Assembly: GCA_963748825.1 (NCBI GenBank)
Contig: CAVVKN010000009.1
Coordinates: 32,001-96,000 of the forward strand
Source: Methanotrichaceae archaeon
Lineage (GTDB): Archaea; Halobacteriota; Methanosarcinia; Methanotrichales; Methanotrichaceae
DNA length: 64,000 nucleotides
Direction: 5' to 3'
The notes under the pieces were generated by a model. It saw only the letters and a list, made by a program, of their open reading frames with translations, did not search any database and was not told the origin of the DNA. Both the position numbers and the translations under genes were made by a program. Shown piece after piece: positions 41,460 to 51,625 of the stretch (its first letter is position 1; every line of letters starts with the position of its first letter).

Positions 41460-43832
41460 TTGAGTATGCAAGCATACAAGACCTTTCCCGTTGATCCCGT
41501 CCTGAGAAGGCGAGCTGAGGACGAAGTAGGGAAGAATAGTCGCTCCGCCTGTCTTTCTGAGATGGATGTTCGGGCGCTCTGCCATGAGCTAGAGGTGAGC
41601 CAGGTCGAGCTGCAATTGCAAAACGAGGAGCTGCAGAGTATAACGGCAGAGCTTGCAGCATCTGAGAAGAAGTATAGGGACCTTTATGAGTTCGCACCCA
41701 TAGGCTACCTGACTGTGGAGCCTTCCGGAAAGATTCGTGAGGCAAATCTGGCTGCCGCTACTCTCCTGGGGACGGAGCGAGCACACCTGTTGGACAATCT
41801 ATTTCAGGCCTACCTGGCGGAAGACAGCCTTTCTAAGTTCAATGCTTTTTGCAGCCGCGTGATCGCGTCGGATGCAAAAGAGATTGCAGAGGTCCATCTG
41901 AGAAGCAATGGAACGAAAGAGAAAGATAATGGTTGGGCTTTGATCGAGGGCTGGGCCATCTCAGGAAGCGACAACCACGGTTTTCGGATGGCAGTCATCG
42001 ACATAACCGAGCGCAAGGAGGCAGAAATTCCCTTGCAGGTTGCCAAAGAGTATGCGGAAAATCTGATCCAGACAGCTAATGCCATAGTAATCGGATTAGA
42101 TATGAATAGAGACATCACCGTCTTCAATCAGGCCGCCGAAAAAATCACGGGTTATAGCAAAGCGGAACTGGAAAACCGTAGTTGGCTTGATGTGGTTGTC
42201 CCAAGAGATCGCAATCCTGGGGCCTGGTCCATTTTTGAGCGTTTGAAGTATGGCGACTTGCCAAGGAACTCTGAGAGTACCATCCTGACCAAGTCCGGCC
42301 AGGAACGCTATATTGTCTGGCAGAACACCCTTGTTCGCGAGCGGGACCAGATTGTAGGCACAGTGTCCTTTGGGATTGATATCACCGATCGTAAGTTAGC
42401 AGAGGAGGCCCTGCAGAAAAGCGAGCGATCCTACCGCCTGCTTGCCGAAAACGTGACTGATGTAATCTGGACCATGGATATGGACCTGAAGTTCACCTAT
42501 CTCAGCCCTTCTATTATTCGCACAATTGGCTACAGCGTTGAGGAAGCAACTCAGTTAACGCTGGATAAACTCATTACACCAAGTTCTCTAAGTATGATCA
42601 AGCAGGTTTTTGCAGAAGAGATGGAGAAGGAAAGAAATCCGCAAAAGGACCTTTCCAGATCGCGAATCATCGAGGCCGAAGAATATTGTAAAGACGGCCG
42701 TACCATCTGGGTGGAGGTCAAGGTTTCATTTCTGCGCGATCAAGAAGGTCAAGCCGTTGGCATGCAAGGGATCTCGCGTGACATTACAGACCGCAAGAAG
42801 GCGGAGAGAGATCTCATTGAGTCGGAGGCTAAATACAGAACCATCTTTGAAAATACCGGAAATGCGGCGGTCATCCTGGAGGAAGACACCACTATCTCCC
42901 TTGCCAATGCGGAGGCTGAGAAAATCTTCGGCTACATAGCCACAGAAGTTGTGGGCAAGAGAAAATGGACGGAATTCATTTTCAAAGAAGACCTCAAAAT
43001 CATGAAGAAGTATCATGACTTGAGGAGATCTGATCCGTTGTCTGTCCCTCGAAACTATGAGTTCAGGTTAATCGACGGACTGGGAAAAATCAGACACATA
43101 TTCATGACCATAGCCATGATTCCGGGAACAAAGCAGAGCGTAGCATCTCTTTTAGATATAACAGAACGAAAAACCGCGGAGGAGAAGCTTAAGGCCTCAT
43201 TGGTGGAAAAAGAGATGCTTCTCAAGGAGGTTCATCACAGGGTCAAGAACAACCTTCAGGTGGTCTCCAGCCTGCTGAGCCTGCAGTCCCAAAGTGTAAC
43301 GGACAAGCAAACCCCCAATATACTCCAGGAGAGCCAAAACCGCATTAAGTCCATGGCAATGATCCATGAGAAACTATATAGGTCTAAAGACATAGCGAAA
43401 ATCAACTTTTCCGAGTACATCCGGAGTCTGTCAGCAAATCTCATAAGGTCTTATGACTCCGTTTCTGGCGGAGTCAGACTCGATCTAAATGTCGAGGATA
43501 TCTATTTAGGAATAGATGCCGCAATTCCATGCGGACTCATCATTAATGAGCTGGTTTCAAACTCGCTAAAGCATGCTTTTCCAGAAGGCTGCAAAAGCTG
43601 TAAAGGCGAGATGTCCATAGAGTTTCTCCGAATTGATAATAATAAGTTCATGCTGAGCGTCAGCGATAACGGCATTGGCATTTCGAAAGATAAGGATTTT
43701 CGGCAGACAGAATCACTTGGCCTGCAGCTGGTGAGAATCCTGACCGATCAACTCGGCGGAACCATCGAGCTATCCCGGAGCTTTGGAACGGAGTTTAAAA
43801 TCACATTCTCTGAATCTGAAAGGGACAGGTAG
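41460..43832 (+). CDS. Four-PAS histidine kinase (HisKA_2 type)
   Basis: PAS units ending DITERK/DITDRK; EVHHRVKNNLQ, NELVSNSLKHAF, DNGIG. Confidence 0.92.
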   Translation: MSMQAYKTFPVDPVLRRRAEDEVGKNSRSACLSEMDVRALCHELEVSQVELQLQNEELQSITAELAASEKKYRDLYEFAPIGYLTVEPSGKIREANLAAATLLGTERAHLLDNLFQAYLAEDSLSKFNAFCSRVIASDAKEIAEVHLRSNGTKEKDNGWALIEGWAISGSDNHGFRMAVIDITERKEAEIPLQVAKEYAENLIQTANAIVIGLDMNRDITVFNQAAEKITGYSKAELENRSWLDVVVPRDRNPGAWSIFERLKYGDLPRNSESTILTKSGQERYIVWQNTLVRERDQIVGTVSFGIDITDRKLAEEALQKSERSYRLLAENVTDVIWTMDMDLKFTYLSPSIIRTIGYSVEEATQLTLDKLITPSSLSMIKQVFAEEMEKERNPQKDLSRSRIIEAEEYCKDGRTIWVEVKVSFLRDQEGQAVGMQGISRDITDRKKAERDLIESEAKYRTIFENTGNAAVILEEDTTISLANAEAEKIFGYIATEVVGKRKWTEFIFKEDLKIMKKYHDLRRSDPLSVPRNYEFRLIDGLGKIRHIFMTIAMIPGTKQSVASLLDITERKTAEEKLKASLVEKEMLLKEVHHRVKNNLQVVSSLLSLQSQSVTDKQTPNILQESQNRIKSMAMIHEKLYRSKDIAKINFSEYIRSLSANLIRSYDSVSGGVRLDLNVEDIYLGIDAAIPCGLIINELVSNSLKHAFPEGCKSCKGEMSIEFLRIDNNKFMLSVSDNGIGISKDKDFRQTESLGLQLVRILTDQLGGTIELSRSFGTEFKITFSESERDR

Positions 43833-43837
43833 GATAA

Positions 43838-45595
43838 ATGGCAAAGATACTGGTTGTTGAAGATGAGAGCATCGTGGCCATGGACATAAAAAATAGGCTG
43901 ATGCGCCTTGGTTACGAGGTTCCATCTACAGCCTATGCAGGAGAAGAGGCTGTGGAAAAGGCCACCAAGATACGCCCGGACCTGGTGCTCATGGACATCA
44001 TGCTGCGAGGCGAGATGGACGGCATCGAGGCTGCCAGGCTGATCCACGAACGCCTGGATATTCCCGTAGTGTACCTTACTGCATTTTCAGATGAAGATAC
44101 ACTGCAAAGAGCCAAAATAACCGGCCCGTTCGGCTACATAATAAAACCCTTTGAGGATCGAGAATTACACGTCGCTCTGGAGATAGCACTTTACAAGCAC
44201 CGGATAGAGAAGAACCTGAAAGAGAGCGAAATGCATCTGAGAGCGGCCCGAGACAATTTGGAGATCCGGGTACAGGAAAGGACGAATGAGCTGGCAGCGG
44301 TAAACAAAGATCTTATGGAAGAAATAGAAGAGCGCAAAAAGGCAGAAGAGGCATTACATCACAAGATGGAATTTGAGAATATTATCACGGCTCTTTCGAC
44401 GAATTTCATTAATTTGGGGTTGGAGAAGATCGATGAAGGAATAAATGATGCACTGAAACGGGTAGGGACTTTTTCTGATGTCGATAGATGCTATACATTC
44501 CAATTCTCTGATGACATGACCAAAATGGACAACACCTATGAATGGTGTGCCGAAGGAATCGTTCCGCAGATAGATAACCTGAAAGACCTTTCCATTGAAG
44601 ACTTCTCCTGGTGGATGGATAAGCTCCGACTACTTGAGAATATTTATATACCAAGAGTTGCCGACATGCCGCCAGAGGCAAAAGCTGAAAAGGAGATTCT
44701 GCAGTCCCAATCAATCCAATCCCTAATCGTAATTCCGATGGTCAGCGACGGAAGACTCATGGGATACGTTGGCTTTGACTCTGTGCGAGACGAGAAAGCA
44801 TGGTCAGATGAGGACATCAAACTGCTCAAAATCGCAGGAGAGCTTTTAACAAACGTGCTAAGACTCAAGCTAGTAGAATCCGAGAAAGCCCGCCTCATAA
44901 AAGAACTTGGGACGAAGAATGCTGAGATGGAGAGATTCACTTACACAGTCTCTCACGACCTCAGAAGTCCCCTTATTACAATCCAGGGCTTCCTGGGCTT
45001 CTTAAAAAAAGATATAAAACAAATAGAGGATAATAAGAGCGATACAGACATCAAGATGATCGAAAATGCGGTTAAAAAAATGGACGCACTCTTATCAAAC
45101 ACGCTGGAGCTATCTCGCATCGGACGAGTTACAAATCCGCCCGAAATTGTATCTTATGAAGAGATTGTAGCAGATTCGCTGGCCCAGCTAGCAGAGAAGA
45201 TCAGATCTAGCGGAATTAGTGTCCTTGTTGCAAAAGAGCTGCCTCAGGTTTACGTGGACCGCATGAGGATTATGGAGGTCCTCGTAAATCTGATTGAAAA
45301 CAGTATAAAGTATATTGGAGATCAGACGGACCCCAAAGTTGAAATCGGCTACGATGCCGATAAAGAGAAGCCGGTCTTCTTTGTACGCGATAACGGTATA
45401 GGCATAGATCCGAGCCAACACGAAAAGGTCTTTGGACTCTTCTACAAGCTAGACAAGAAGAGCGAAGGCAGTGGCGCAGGGCTGGCAATTGTCAAGAGAA
45501 TCCTCGAGGTGCATGGGGGCCTTGTATGGATAGAATCTGAGGAGGGAGAAGGATGCAAAATCTGCTTTACACTTCCATTGGCTAGAAAAATATAA
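43838..45595 (+). CDS. Hybrid REC-GAF-histidine kinase
   Basis: ILVVEDE/DIML REC; GAF EWCAEG..GFDS; [28 protein letters not shown]. Confidence 0.92.
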   Translation: MAKILVVEDESIVAMDIKNRLMRLGYEVPSTAYAGEEAVEKATKIRPDLVLMDIMLRGEMDGIEAARLIHERLDIPVVYLTAFSDEDTLQRAKITGPFGYIIKPFEDRELHVALEIALYKHRIEKNLKESEMHLRAARDNLEIRVQERTNELAAVNKDLMEEIEERKKAEEALHHKMEFENIITALSTNFINLGLEKIDEGINDALKRVGTFSDVDRCYTFQFSDDMTKMDNTYEWCAEGIVPQIDNLKDLSIEDFSWWMDKLRLLENIYIPRVADMPPEAKAEKEILQSQSIQSLIVIPMVSDGRLMGYVGFDSVRDEKAWSDEDIKLLKIAGELLTNVLRLKLVESEKARLIKELGTKNAEMERFTYTVSHDLRSPLITIQGFLGFLKKDIKQIEDNKSDTDIKMIENAVKKMDALLSNTLELSRIGRVTNPPEIVSYEEIVADSLAQLAEKIRSSGISVLVAKELPQVYVDRMRIMEVLVNLIENSIKYIGDQTDPKVEIGYDADKEKPVFFVRDNGIGIDPSQHEKVFGLFYKLDKKSEGSGAGLAIVKRILEVHGGLVWIESEEGEGCKICFTLPLARKI

Positions 45596-45640
45596 ATATA
45601 AAGAGAGTCAGTGGTTAAGGGGGTGGGGGGGCAAAATAAA

Positions 45641-46081
45641 ATGGTAAATAAATTAGCAACAGTTTTGCTTGTAGAAGATGATGAGACACATGCAATACTT
45701 ATAATGAGGTCCTTTGAAGGAATGGGCGTGGAAAAAATCCAATGGGTCAGCGATGGCGAGCAAGCGATGGACTATCTGCAGCATCGAGGATTATACGCTG
45801 ATAAGGAGAAAAGCCCTCGTCCAGATGTGATACTGCTTGACCTGCGTCTTCCCAAGCTCAGTGGACACGAGGTTCTAAAACAAATTAAAAGCCTCGAAGA
45901 ACTTAGAGCGATCCCTGTGGTGATTCTTACGACCTCCAAAAATGAATATGATATAGCCAAAGCGTATCTGAATCATGCCAACAGCTATCTTGTAAAACCG
46001 CTCGGATTGGATAAGTTTCAGGAAATGGTGAAAGAGATAGAGGTCTATTGGCTAGAGTGGAACCAAACGCACTCATCGTGA
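45641..46081 (+). CDS. Single-domain response regulator (Rcp1-like)
   Basis: LLVEDD, LLDLRLP, LTTS, ANSYLVKP, YWL. Confidence 0.9.
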   Translation: MVNKLATVLLVEDDETHAILIMRSFEGMGVEKIQWVSDGEQAMDYLQHRGLYADKEKSPRPDVILLDLRLPKLSGHEVLKQIKSLEELRAIPVVILTTSKNEYDIAKAYLNHANSYLVKPLGLDKFQEMVKEIEVYWLEWNQTHSS

Positions 46082-46188
46082 GGATAAATGGTAGAACATA
46101 ACTCATTTAAAAATAAGAATTCGTAAGTGTATGTAATGTCAATAATAATCCTAAGAAGATTGTAGGCTAATGAGAAAGGTGGCAAAGA

Positions 46189-46953
46189 ATGACAGAACCT
46201 GAGAGTGAAAACAGCTCAGAAAAAATTGTTTTGCTGGTTGAGGATGAAGAGTCCCATGCGGAATTGATACGCAGGGTATTCGAAGAGAAAAATCCATCCT
46301 GGCGAATCGACCATACGTCGAGCATTAAAGATGCTATTAGATGGTTAGACGCCAATATTAAAAAAATTCCCTTCCTGGTTATCTCCGATTACAATCTCCC
46401 CGATGGCACCGGCTTAGAGCTGGCAAAAAATGCCAGGGTCCCAGAAGAAGTTGGCTTTCCGCTCATTATCCTTACTGGCTTAGGCTCGGAAAAATTAGCC
46501 GTGCAAGCCCTCAAATCAGGTGTTATGGATTACGTTGTGAAGGATACAGAGGATATCAACTTGCTTCCCCGAACTGCAATACATGCAATTCGGAAATGGA
46601 ATCTGATTATGCAAAGAAAAAATATCGAGAATGAATTGGGAAAATGTATTGACGAGCTCGAAGAAAGCACCAGCAATCTGGATGACATTGTAGATACGAT
46701 TTCCCAAGAATTGCTGAGATCAACATCATCAATCCGGGATTTTTCAATATCCTTTATGGAAAATTATGCAGACAAATTGGACGATAATGATAAATATACT
46801 TTATTAAATATAAAAAATTCAACTCAAAAAGCAACAATTGGCATCAACAGCCTCATAAAATTTATGATTCCAGTATTCTTTGATAGCACATTGATCAATG
46901 TGTATAAAATCAAACTTGACGAATTAAGAAAAGGAGCAAAATGTAAAGTTTAA
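46189..46953 (+). CDS. REC domain plus His-less DHp-like helical domain (paralog B)
   Basis: Shares LVISDYNLPDG and PEEVGFPLIILTG with 38423..39214; ISQEL at the H-box position. Confidence 0.85.
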   Translation: MTEPESENSSEKIVLLVEDEESHAELIRRVFEEKNPSWRIDHTSSIKDAIRWLDANIKKIPFLVISDYNLPDGTGLELAKNARVPEEVGFPLIILTGLGSEKLAVQALKSGVMDYVVKDTEDINLLPRTAIHAIRKWNLIMQRKNIENELGKCIDELEESTSNLDDIVDTISQELLRSTSSIRDFSISFMENYADKLDDNDKYTLLNIKNSTQKATIGINSLIKFMIPVFFDSTLINVYKIKLDELRKGAKCKV

Positions 46954-46999
46954 AATTAGAATATAAAAATATATATTGCCATTCCCCATCTCATTCTCG

Positions 47000-48184
47000 T
47001 TAAAAGGTATTTATATACCTGTAAATCAATCTATTTTTCTTGAGATTCAAACACCTTCTGGCTGCCTGGGCCACATTCTCCCTATCTTCATCCCGACTGT
47101 AGATCCCGAAGCGCCAGGTAGCCCTGTGCGCTCTCTCCAGGATGCTGACCAGAGGTGACACCTCTCGTAGTGGCCTGACCTCTTCCTCAACAAGTGCAGG
47201 AAAGTTTCCCTCCGGTGTATCAGGAAGCGTTGGATTGTCCACCAGAATGTAATCTGCATCTACTCCCGCCTCATGGGCAATCTCCTGGGCCAGCATCTTT
47301 TCGCTTACCCTGAGAATTGATGGATCCAGGCACTCCAGGCCGACATACACAGCCCGCTTAAAAATTCTCCGAGATCGGATGCGAGAGGCCATCTCAGCCG
47401 CATAACCGCCCGATCCATCCAGGGAATTGAAGAGCTGGATGTCATCCATATCTTTTATGGCAGTTGCACTGGTTCCCTCCTCAATCATGCGCCGGATGGC
47501 GGCGGAGATCATACACTCCGAGATGCGACAGACATGATGGTAATAAACGGATGGGTGCATGAGCAGCCTGGAAATGAGCAGGGATGTCGCCGCCTGCACG
47601 CCTCCTGCTTCCACTACGAGCTGTCCGCCGTGAAGGGTCATCTTTTGCAATAGACGCAATCGATCTATCACTCCGTAGGCCACGCCCGTGTAGTGAGCAT
47701 CCCGGATCAGGTAGTCCATCCTATCCACATCTATCTCGCCGCTCACGATCTGCCCCAGACCAACACCATTTATGGCGGCCTGGATATCGTAGGCTTTTAG
47801 GCCGTAGTTATCTAAAACCTCACGAAGCTCGCTTCTCTTTAAAAGATCTACGATGCTCTCGTGATCCTTTCGTAGGTATGGGGCAAGGGCCGCCTCCGTG
47901 GCATGGGAGAGCGGACCGTGGCCCACGTCGTGCAGAAGTGCCGCGGCGCACACCAACATCTTATCCTTTTCTTGCAGGCCCAGATGGTTCGCGAGCAGAT
48001 CAGCCAGATGATAGGCTCCCAGGCTGTGCTCGAAGCGAGTGTGATTGGCTCCGGGATAGACCAGGCTGGCCAGGCCGAGCTGCTTAATCCAGCGCAGCCG
48101 CTGCATCTGGGGCGTGTCCGCCAGTTCCAGGGCAAGGCCCTCCAGCAACACATAGCCGTGCACGGGGTCTCGGATCTCGGTCAT
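47000..48184 (-). CDS. HD-domain phosphohydrolase (dNTPase/SAMHD1-like)
   Basis: RDPVHG, HTRFEHSLG, LHDVGHGPLSH, DVDRMDYL. Confidence 0.9.
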   Translation of the reverse strand: MTEIRDPVHGYVLLEGLALELADTPQMQRLRWIKQLGLASLVYPGANHTRFEHSLGAYHLADLLANHLGLQEKDKMLVCAAALLHDVGHGPLSHATEAALAPYLRKDHESIVDLLKRSELREVLDNYGLKAYDIQAAINGVGLGQIVSGEIDVDRMDYLIRDAHYTGVAYGVIDRLRLLQKMTLHGGQLVVEAGGVQAATSLLISRLLMHPSVYYHHVCRISECMISAAIRRMIEEGTSATAIKDMDDIQLFNSLDGSGGYAAEMASRIRSRRIFKRAVYVGLECLDPSILRVSEKMLAQEIAHEAGVDADYILVDNPTLPDTPEGNFPALVEEEVRPLREVSPLVSILERAHRATWRFGIYSRDEDRENVAQAARRCLNLKKNRLIYRYINTF

Positions 48185-48654
48185 CAGGCATAACCGTGAA
48201 TCTCCTGCATTAAATACTGTTCTGGATGCCTTTTTGGGAAGAGAGTGGAAACATTTATATCGTGGGATCGATACTGCGTCGAGCTTCAGATACAGTCAAC
48301 TGTCGCCCTAAAAGGAATCTGTGCAGAATTCCCAGACCATTCGGGTCAAGTGTTGTTGTCCCGATAGCAGGACGCCGGTTAGCATGAGGTTTGCGAACCT
48401 TGAAAAAGAACAATATTCATACTGGTGTGTTTGGCGTGAAAATGGCCGGAAATTATCTCGCTCGCCGTCGCCAGTTGTCCATTCAAGGCAGCTTGGAAAT
48501 TTCTTTTTTAGCCATTGCCAGGATGCGGATCCAACCTCGGGCTTTGTCGGGCATTGGTGTGATAAGAGAGCAAATGCTAAGAGGGATTGATTCCTTTTGG
48601 GCAGAGTCCATCGCTCCTCTTTAAAATTTGGAATTTGACTTATGATCCGGAGGG

Positions 48655-50229
48655 GTGCAAACGAAACTTCCAATCGTCTTTGATATCATCGGCACTGTGC
48701 TCAAGATCATCGGGCTGCTGCTCTTAGTGCCGGGATTAGTCTGTGCCTATTACCACGAAACCAGTGGGGTAGTCGCCTTTGCTCTGACGGCTCTGCTCTC
48801 TATATGCACGGGCATCATCATCAGCCGCCGGGGAAAGAAAGGAGAGGTAGGAAATAAAGAAGCCTTTGCAGCCGTCTCTTTGGGTTGGCTTGCTGCCACC
48901 TTCTTCGGCTCTTTGCCCTTTGTGTTTCAGGGGCTAAGCCTGATCGATGCCCTCTTCGAGTCGGTATCAGGCTTCTCGGCAACCGGAGCTACAATTCTAA
49001 GTGAAGCAAACGCTCAAGGGTACTACATTGTAAATTCCACGCTGGTCGATAACAGCATCTGCATCGCTCTTATGAACAACCTGGACCGAACACTAGCCAG
49101 CGGAGGATACGAGGTCGCCTTCTCGGTCGTGAATAACCATACTTTTTACGGCCTGCTCTTCTGGCGCTCCTTCCAGCAGCTCATTGGAGGCCTGGGCATA
49201 ATTCTCATGGTAGTTGCCATCTTTCCACAACTACGCGTGGCCGGCCGCCAGCTTTACCGGGCCGAGACGGTGGGGCCGAGCAAGGATACTATCACGCCGC
49301 GTGCCACGGCCACAGCCAGAATTCTCTGGAAGGTGTATCTGCTCTTCAATGGCCTGGAGATAATACTACTCTACGCCGCAGGCATGCCTTTTTACGATGC
49401 GGTCTGCACTGCTTTTTCTACCCTTGCTACCGGCGGCTTCTCTCCCCAGGCATCCAGCCTCGTAGCCTACAAGAGCCCCATCATCGAAGCAATTGTTGCC
49501 ATGTTCATCATCCTGGGCATGTCCAGCTTCACCCTGCATTACAAAGTCCTAACTTCGGACAGACTGGCCTGGCTTAAGGACGAGGAGTTTCGGTTCATGC
49601 TCTTTATCCTGGCCATTGCCACAGCGGTTCTGCTGCTCGCAGGTGGAATAGAGGGAGATCTGGCAACCAAATTCAGATTCGCGTCCTTCCAGGTAATATC
49701 CTTCATGGGAACTTGCGGCTTTGCAAATACCATGGATTATGATAAATGGTCCACCGCGGCAAAGCTGGCTTTGATCATGGTCATGCTCATCGGCGGCTGC
49801 ATCGGCTCGACCGCAGGAGGCATAAAGGTGGGCAGATTCTTAGTAGACTGCAAATACGCTTACAATGAGCTATTTCATATGCTTCATCCTCATGCTCTCA
49901 TGTCTGTCCGGTTGGGAGATACAAGGGTACAGGAGGACATCCTGCGGCCCATGCTCTTCTACTCGTTCTTCTACCTGGCAGTATGGTTGACTTTATCTTT
50001 GGGACTGGCCATGGTAAGTAGCGGAGATCCGCGCGTGGATTTGCAGGTGGTGGCCTCGGGCATAGCCTCCTGCATGGGAGGCGTGGGCCCGGCCTATGGC
50101 ATCATAACCTTTGACTGGTCACAAATAGGAGCTGCCGGCAAGATGATAGGCTTTTTCGCCATGTACATCGGTCGGTTGGAGCTGATGCCCGTATTCCTAT
50201 TATTTATACCTGAATTATGGAGGAAATGA
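48655..50229 (+). CDS. trkH: Trk potassium uptake membrane subunit (divergent copy)
   Basis: DALFESVSG, LATGGFS, GSTAGGIK, IGRLE. Confidence 0.9.
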   Translation: MQTKLPIVFDIIGTVLKIIGLLLLVPGLVCAYYHETSGVVAFALTALLSICTGIIISRRGKKGEVGNKEAFAAVSLGWLAATFFGSLPFVFQGLSLIDALFESVSGFSATGATILSEANAQGYYIVNSTLVDNSICIALMNNLDRTLASGGYEVAFSVVNNHTFYGLLFWRSFQQLIGGLGIILMVVAIFPQLRVAGRQLYRAETVGPSKDTITPRATATARILWKVYLLFNGLEIILLYAAGMPFYDAVCTAFSTLATGGFSPQASSLVAYKSPIIEAIVAMFIILGMSSFTLHYKVLTSDRLAWLKDEEFRFMLFILAIATAVLLLAGGIEGDLATKFRFASFQVISFMGTCGFANTMDYDKWSTAAKLALIMVMLIGGCIGSTAGGIKVGRFLVDCKYAYNELFHMLHPHALMSVRLGDTRVQEDILRPMLFYSFFYLAVWLTLSLGLAMVSSGDPRVDLQVVASGIASCMGGVGPAYGIITFDWSQIGAAGKMIGFFAMYIGRLELMPVFLLFIPELWRK

Positions 50230-50230
50230 T

Positions 50231-51544
50231 ATGCGTATTCTTATCACCGGAGCTGGCGAGGTGGGCTTTCTCATAGCCAGCGAGCTTCATGCCGATCACG
50301 ATGTTACCGTCATAGACAAGGATCCTGGGGCCTGTGCCCGTCTGCAGGATATGGATGTGAAGGTTTTGCAGGGCAATTCTGCCAATGCCCGTCTTCTTCA
50401 GGAGGCCGGCATCAAGAAAGCGGACATAGTGGTAGCTGTTACCGGCAATGACGAGGTGAATGTAATCACCTGCATCGTAGCCAGCCACCTCGGCGTGCGC
50501 CAGACCATTGCCAGAGTCAGCAATCCTGAGTATATTGATCAACCGGTTCAGGATCGAAAAGAGATAGGCATAAGCTATATGATCTGTCCGGAGCTGGCCA
50601 TGGCCGAAGATATGGCGAGGTCCCTCTACTTCACATCCATGCTCATGAATCGAGATCTTGCCAATGGGCTGGTTGAGCTAATAGAGTTCAAGGCGACAGA
50701 AGAGATGAACATCCTGGGCCCCATCGAGGATGTCAGTCTGCCCAAGAGCTGCAATATCGTGGCCATTAACCGGGTAGGAGAGATCTTCATACCGAAGAAG
50801 GGGGATGCCGTCCAGCTCAATGATCACCTCATGCTGCTTTGCGACGCCAAAATCCTCCCCAGCCTGAGGCAGATGCTGCACGAGTCTCAAAGCTCTCCGA
50901 AGGTTATGATCGTAGGCGGCGGAATGGTCGGTTTCTATCTCGCCAATAGACTGGAGAAGATGGGGGTGGACGTCAAGCTGATCGAGCGGAATGCAGAGCG
51001 CTGCAGCGAAATCGCAGATAGGCTCTCCGATACAATGATCCTGAATGGCGACGGCTCAGACCTGGCGCTTCTCCGCGAGGAAGAGGCAGGCAAGATGGAT
51101 GTGGTCTTCGCTGTGACCGGCCAGGATGATAAGAACCTGCTCTGCTCTCTGCTGGTAAAACAGCTCGGCGCCAAGAAGATTCTATCCAGGGTCAACCGGA
51201 GCGTCTACATCAAGCTCTTTGAGATGGTGGGCGTGGATAGAGCAGTGAGCCCCGGACAGGTGACTGCCGACGCTGTGCTGCAGAGGGTAATTGGAGGAGA
51301 AGAAGTGATCACCCTGAGCGACGAGAGGATGGAGCTGGTGGATTTCATCGCTCGGCCGGGGGCCAAGATCATAGGCAAGACCATTTCCAAGGAGCTGCCC
51401 AAAGACTCGCTGGCAGGTCTGGTTATAAGAGACGGCATCCCCCTGGTGCCAGCAGAAGACTTCAAGGCCGCAGTTGGAGATCGTATCTTCGTGATGTCCA
51501 TGCCGCAGGTTGTCTCCAAGGTGAAAAAGCTATTTGTCACCTGA
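50231..51544 (+). CDS. trkA: Trk potassium uptake regulatory subunit
   Basis: Two RCK_N domains (GAGEVG, GGGMVG) with RCK_C domains. Confidence 0.92.
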   Translation: MRILITGAGEVGFLIASELHADHDVTVIDKDPGACARLQDMDVKVLQGNSANARLLQEAGIKKADIVVAVTGNDEVNVITCIVASHLGVRQTIARVSNPEYIDQPVQDRKEIGISYMICPELAMAEDMARSLYFTSMLMNRDLANGLVELIEFKATEEMNILGPIEDVSLPKSCNIVAINRVGEIFIPKKGDAVQLNDHLMLLCDAKILPSLRQMLHESQSSPKVMIVGGGMVGFYLANRLEKMGVDVKLIERNAERCSEIADRLSDTMILNGDGSDLALLREEEAGKMDVVFAVTGQDDKNLLCSLLVKQLGAKKILSRVNRSVYIKLFEMVGVDRAVSPGQVTADAVLQRVIGGEEVITLSDERMELVDFIARPGAKIIGKTISKELPKDSLAGLVIRDGIPLVPAEDFKAAVGDRIFVMSMPQVVSKVKKLFVT

Positions 51545-51625
51545 TGCACATCTTTTTTATAGCAAGAGAGGAGGGTGATTTGGCCTAATGGAGGATGCTC
51601 TCCATCCGCGGAGCAGCATTATTCA

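Noticed and set aside
48190-48654. Long leader upstream of trkH as a possible riboswitch or small ORFs
   Set aside because: No recognisable aptamer consensus, and the ORFs lack SD or motifs
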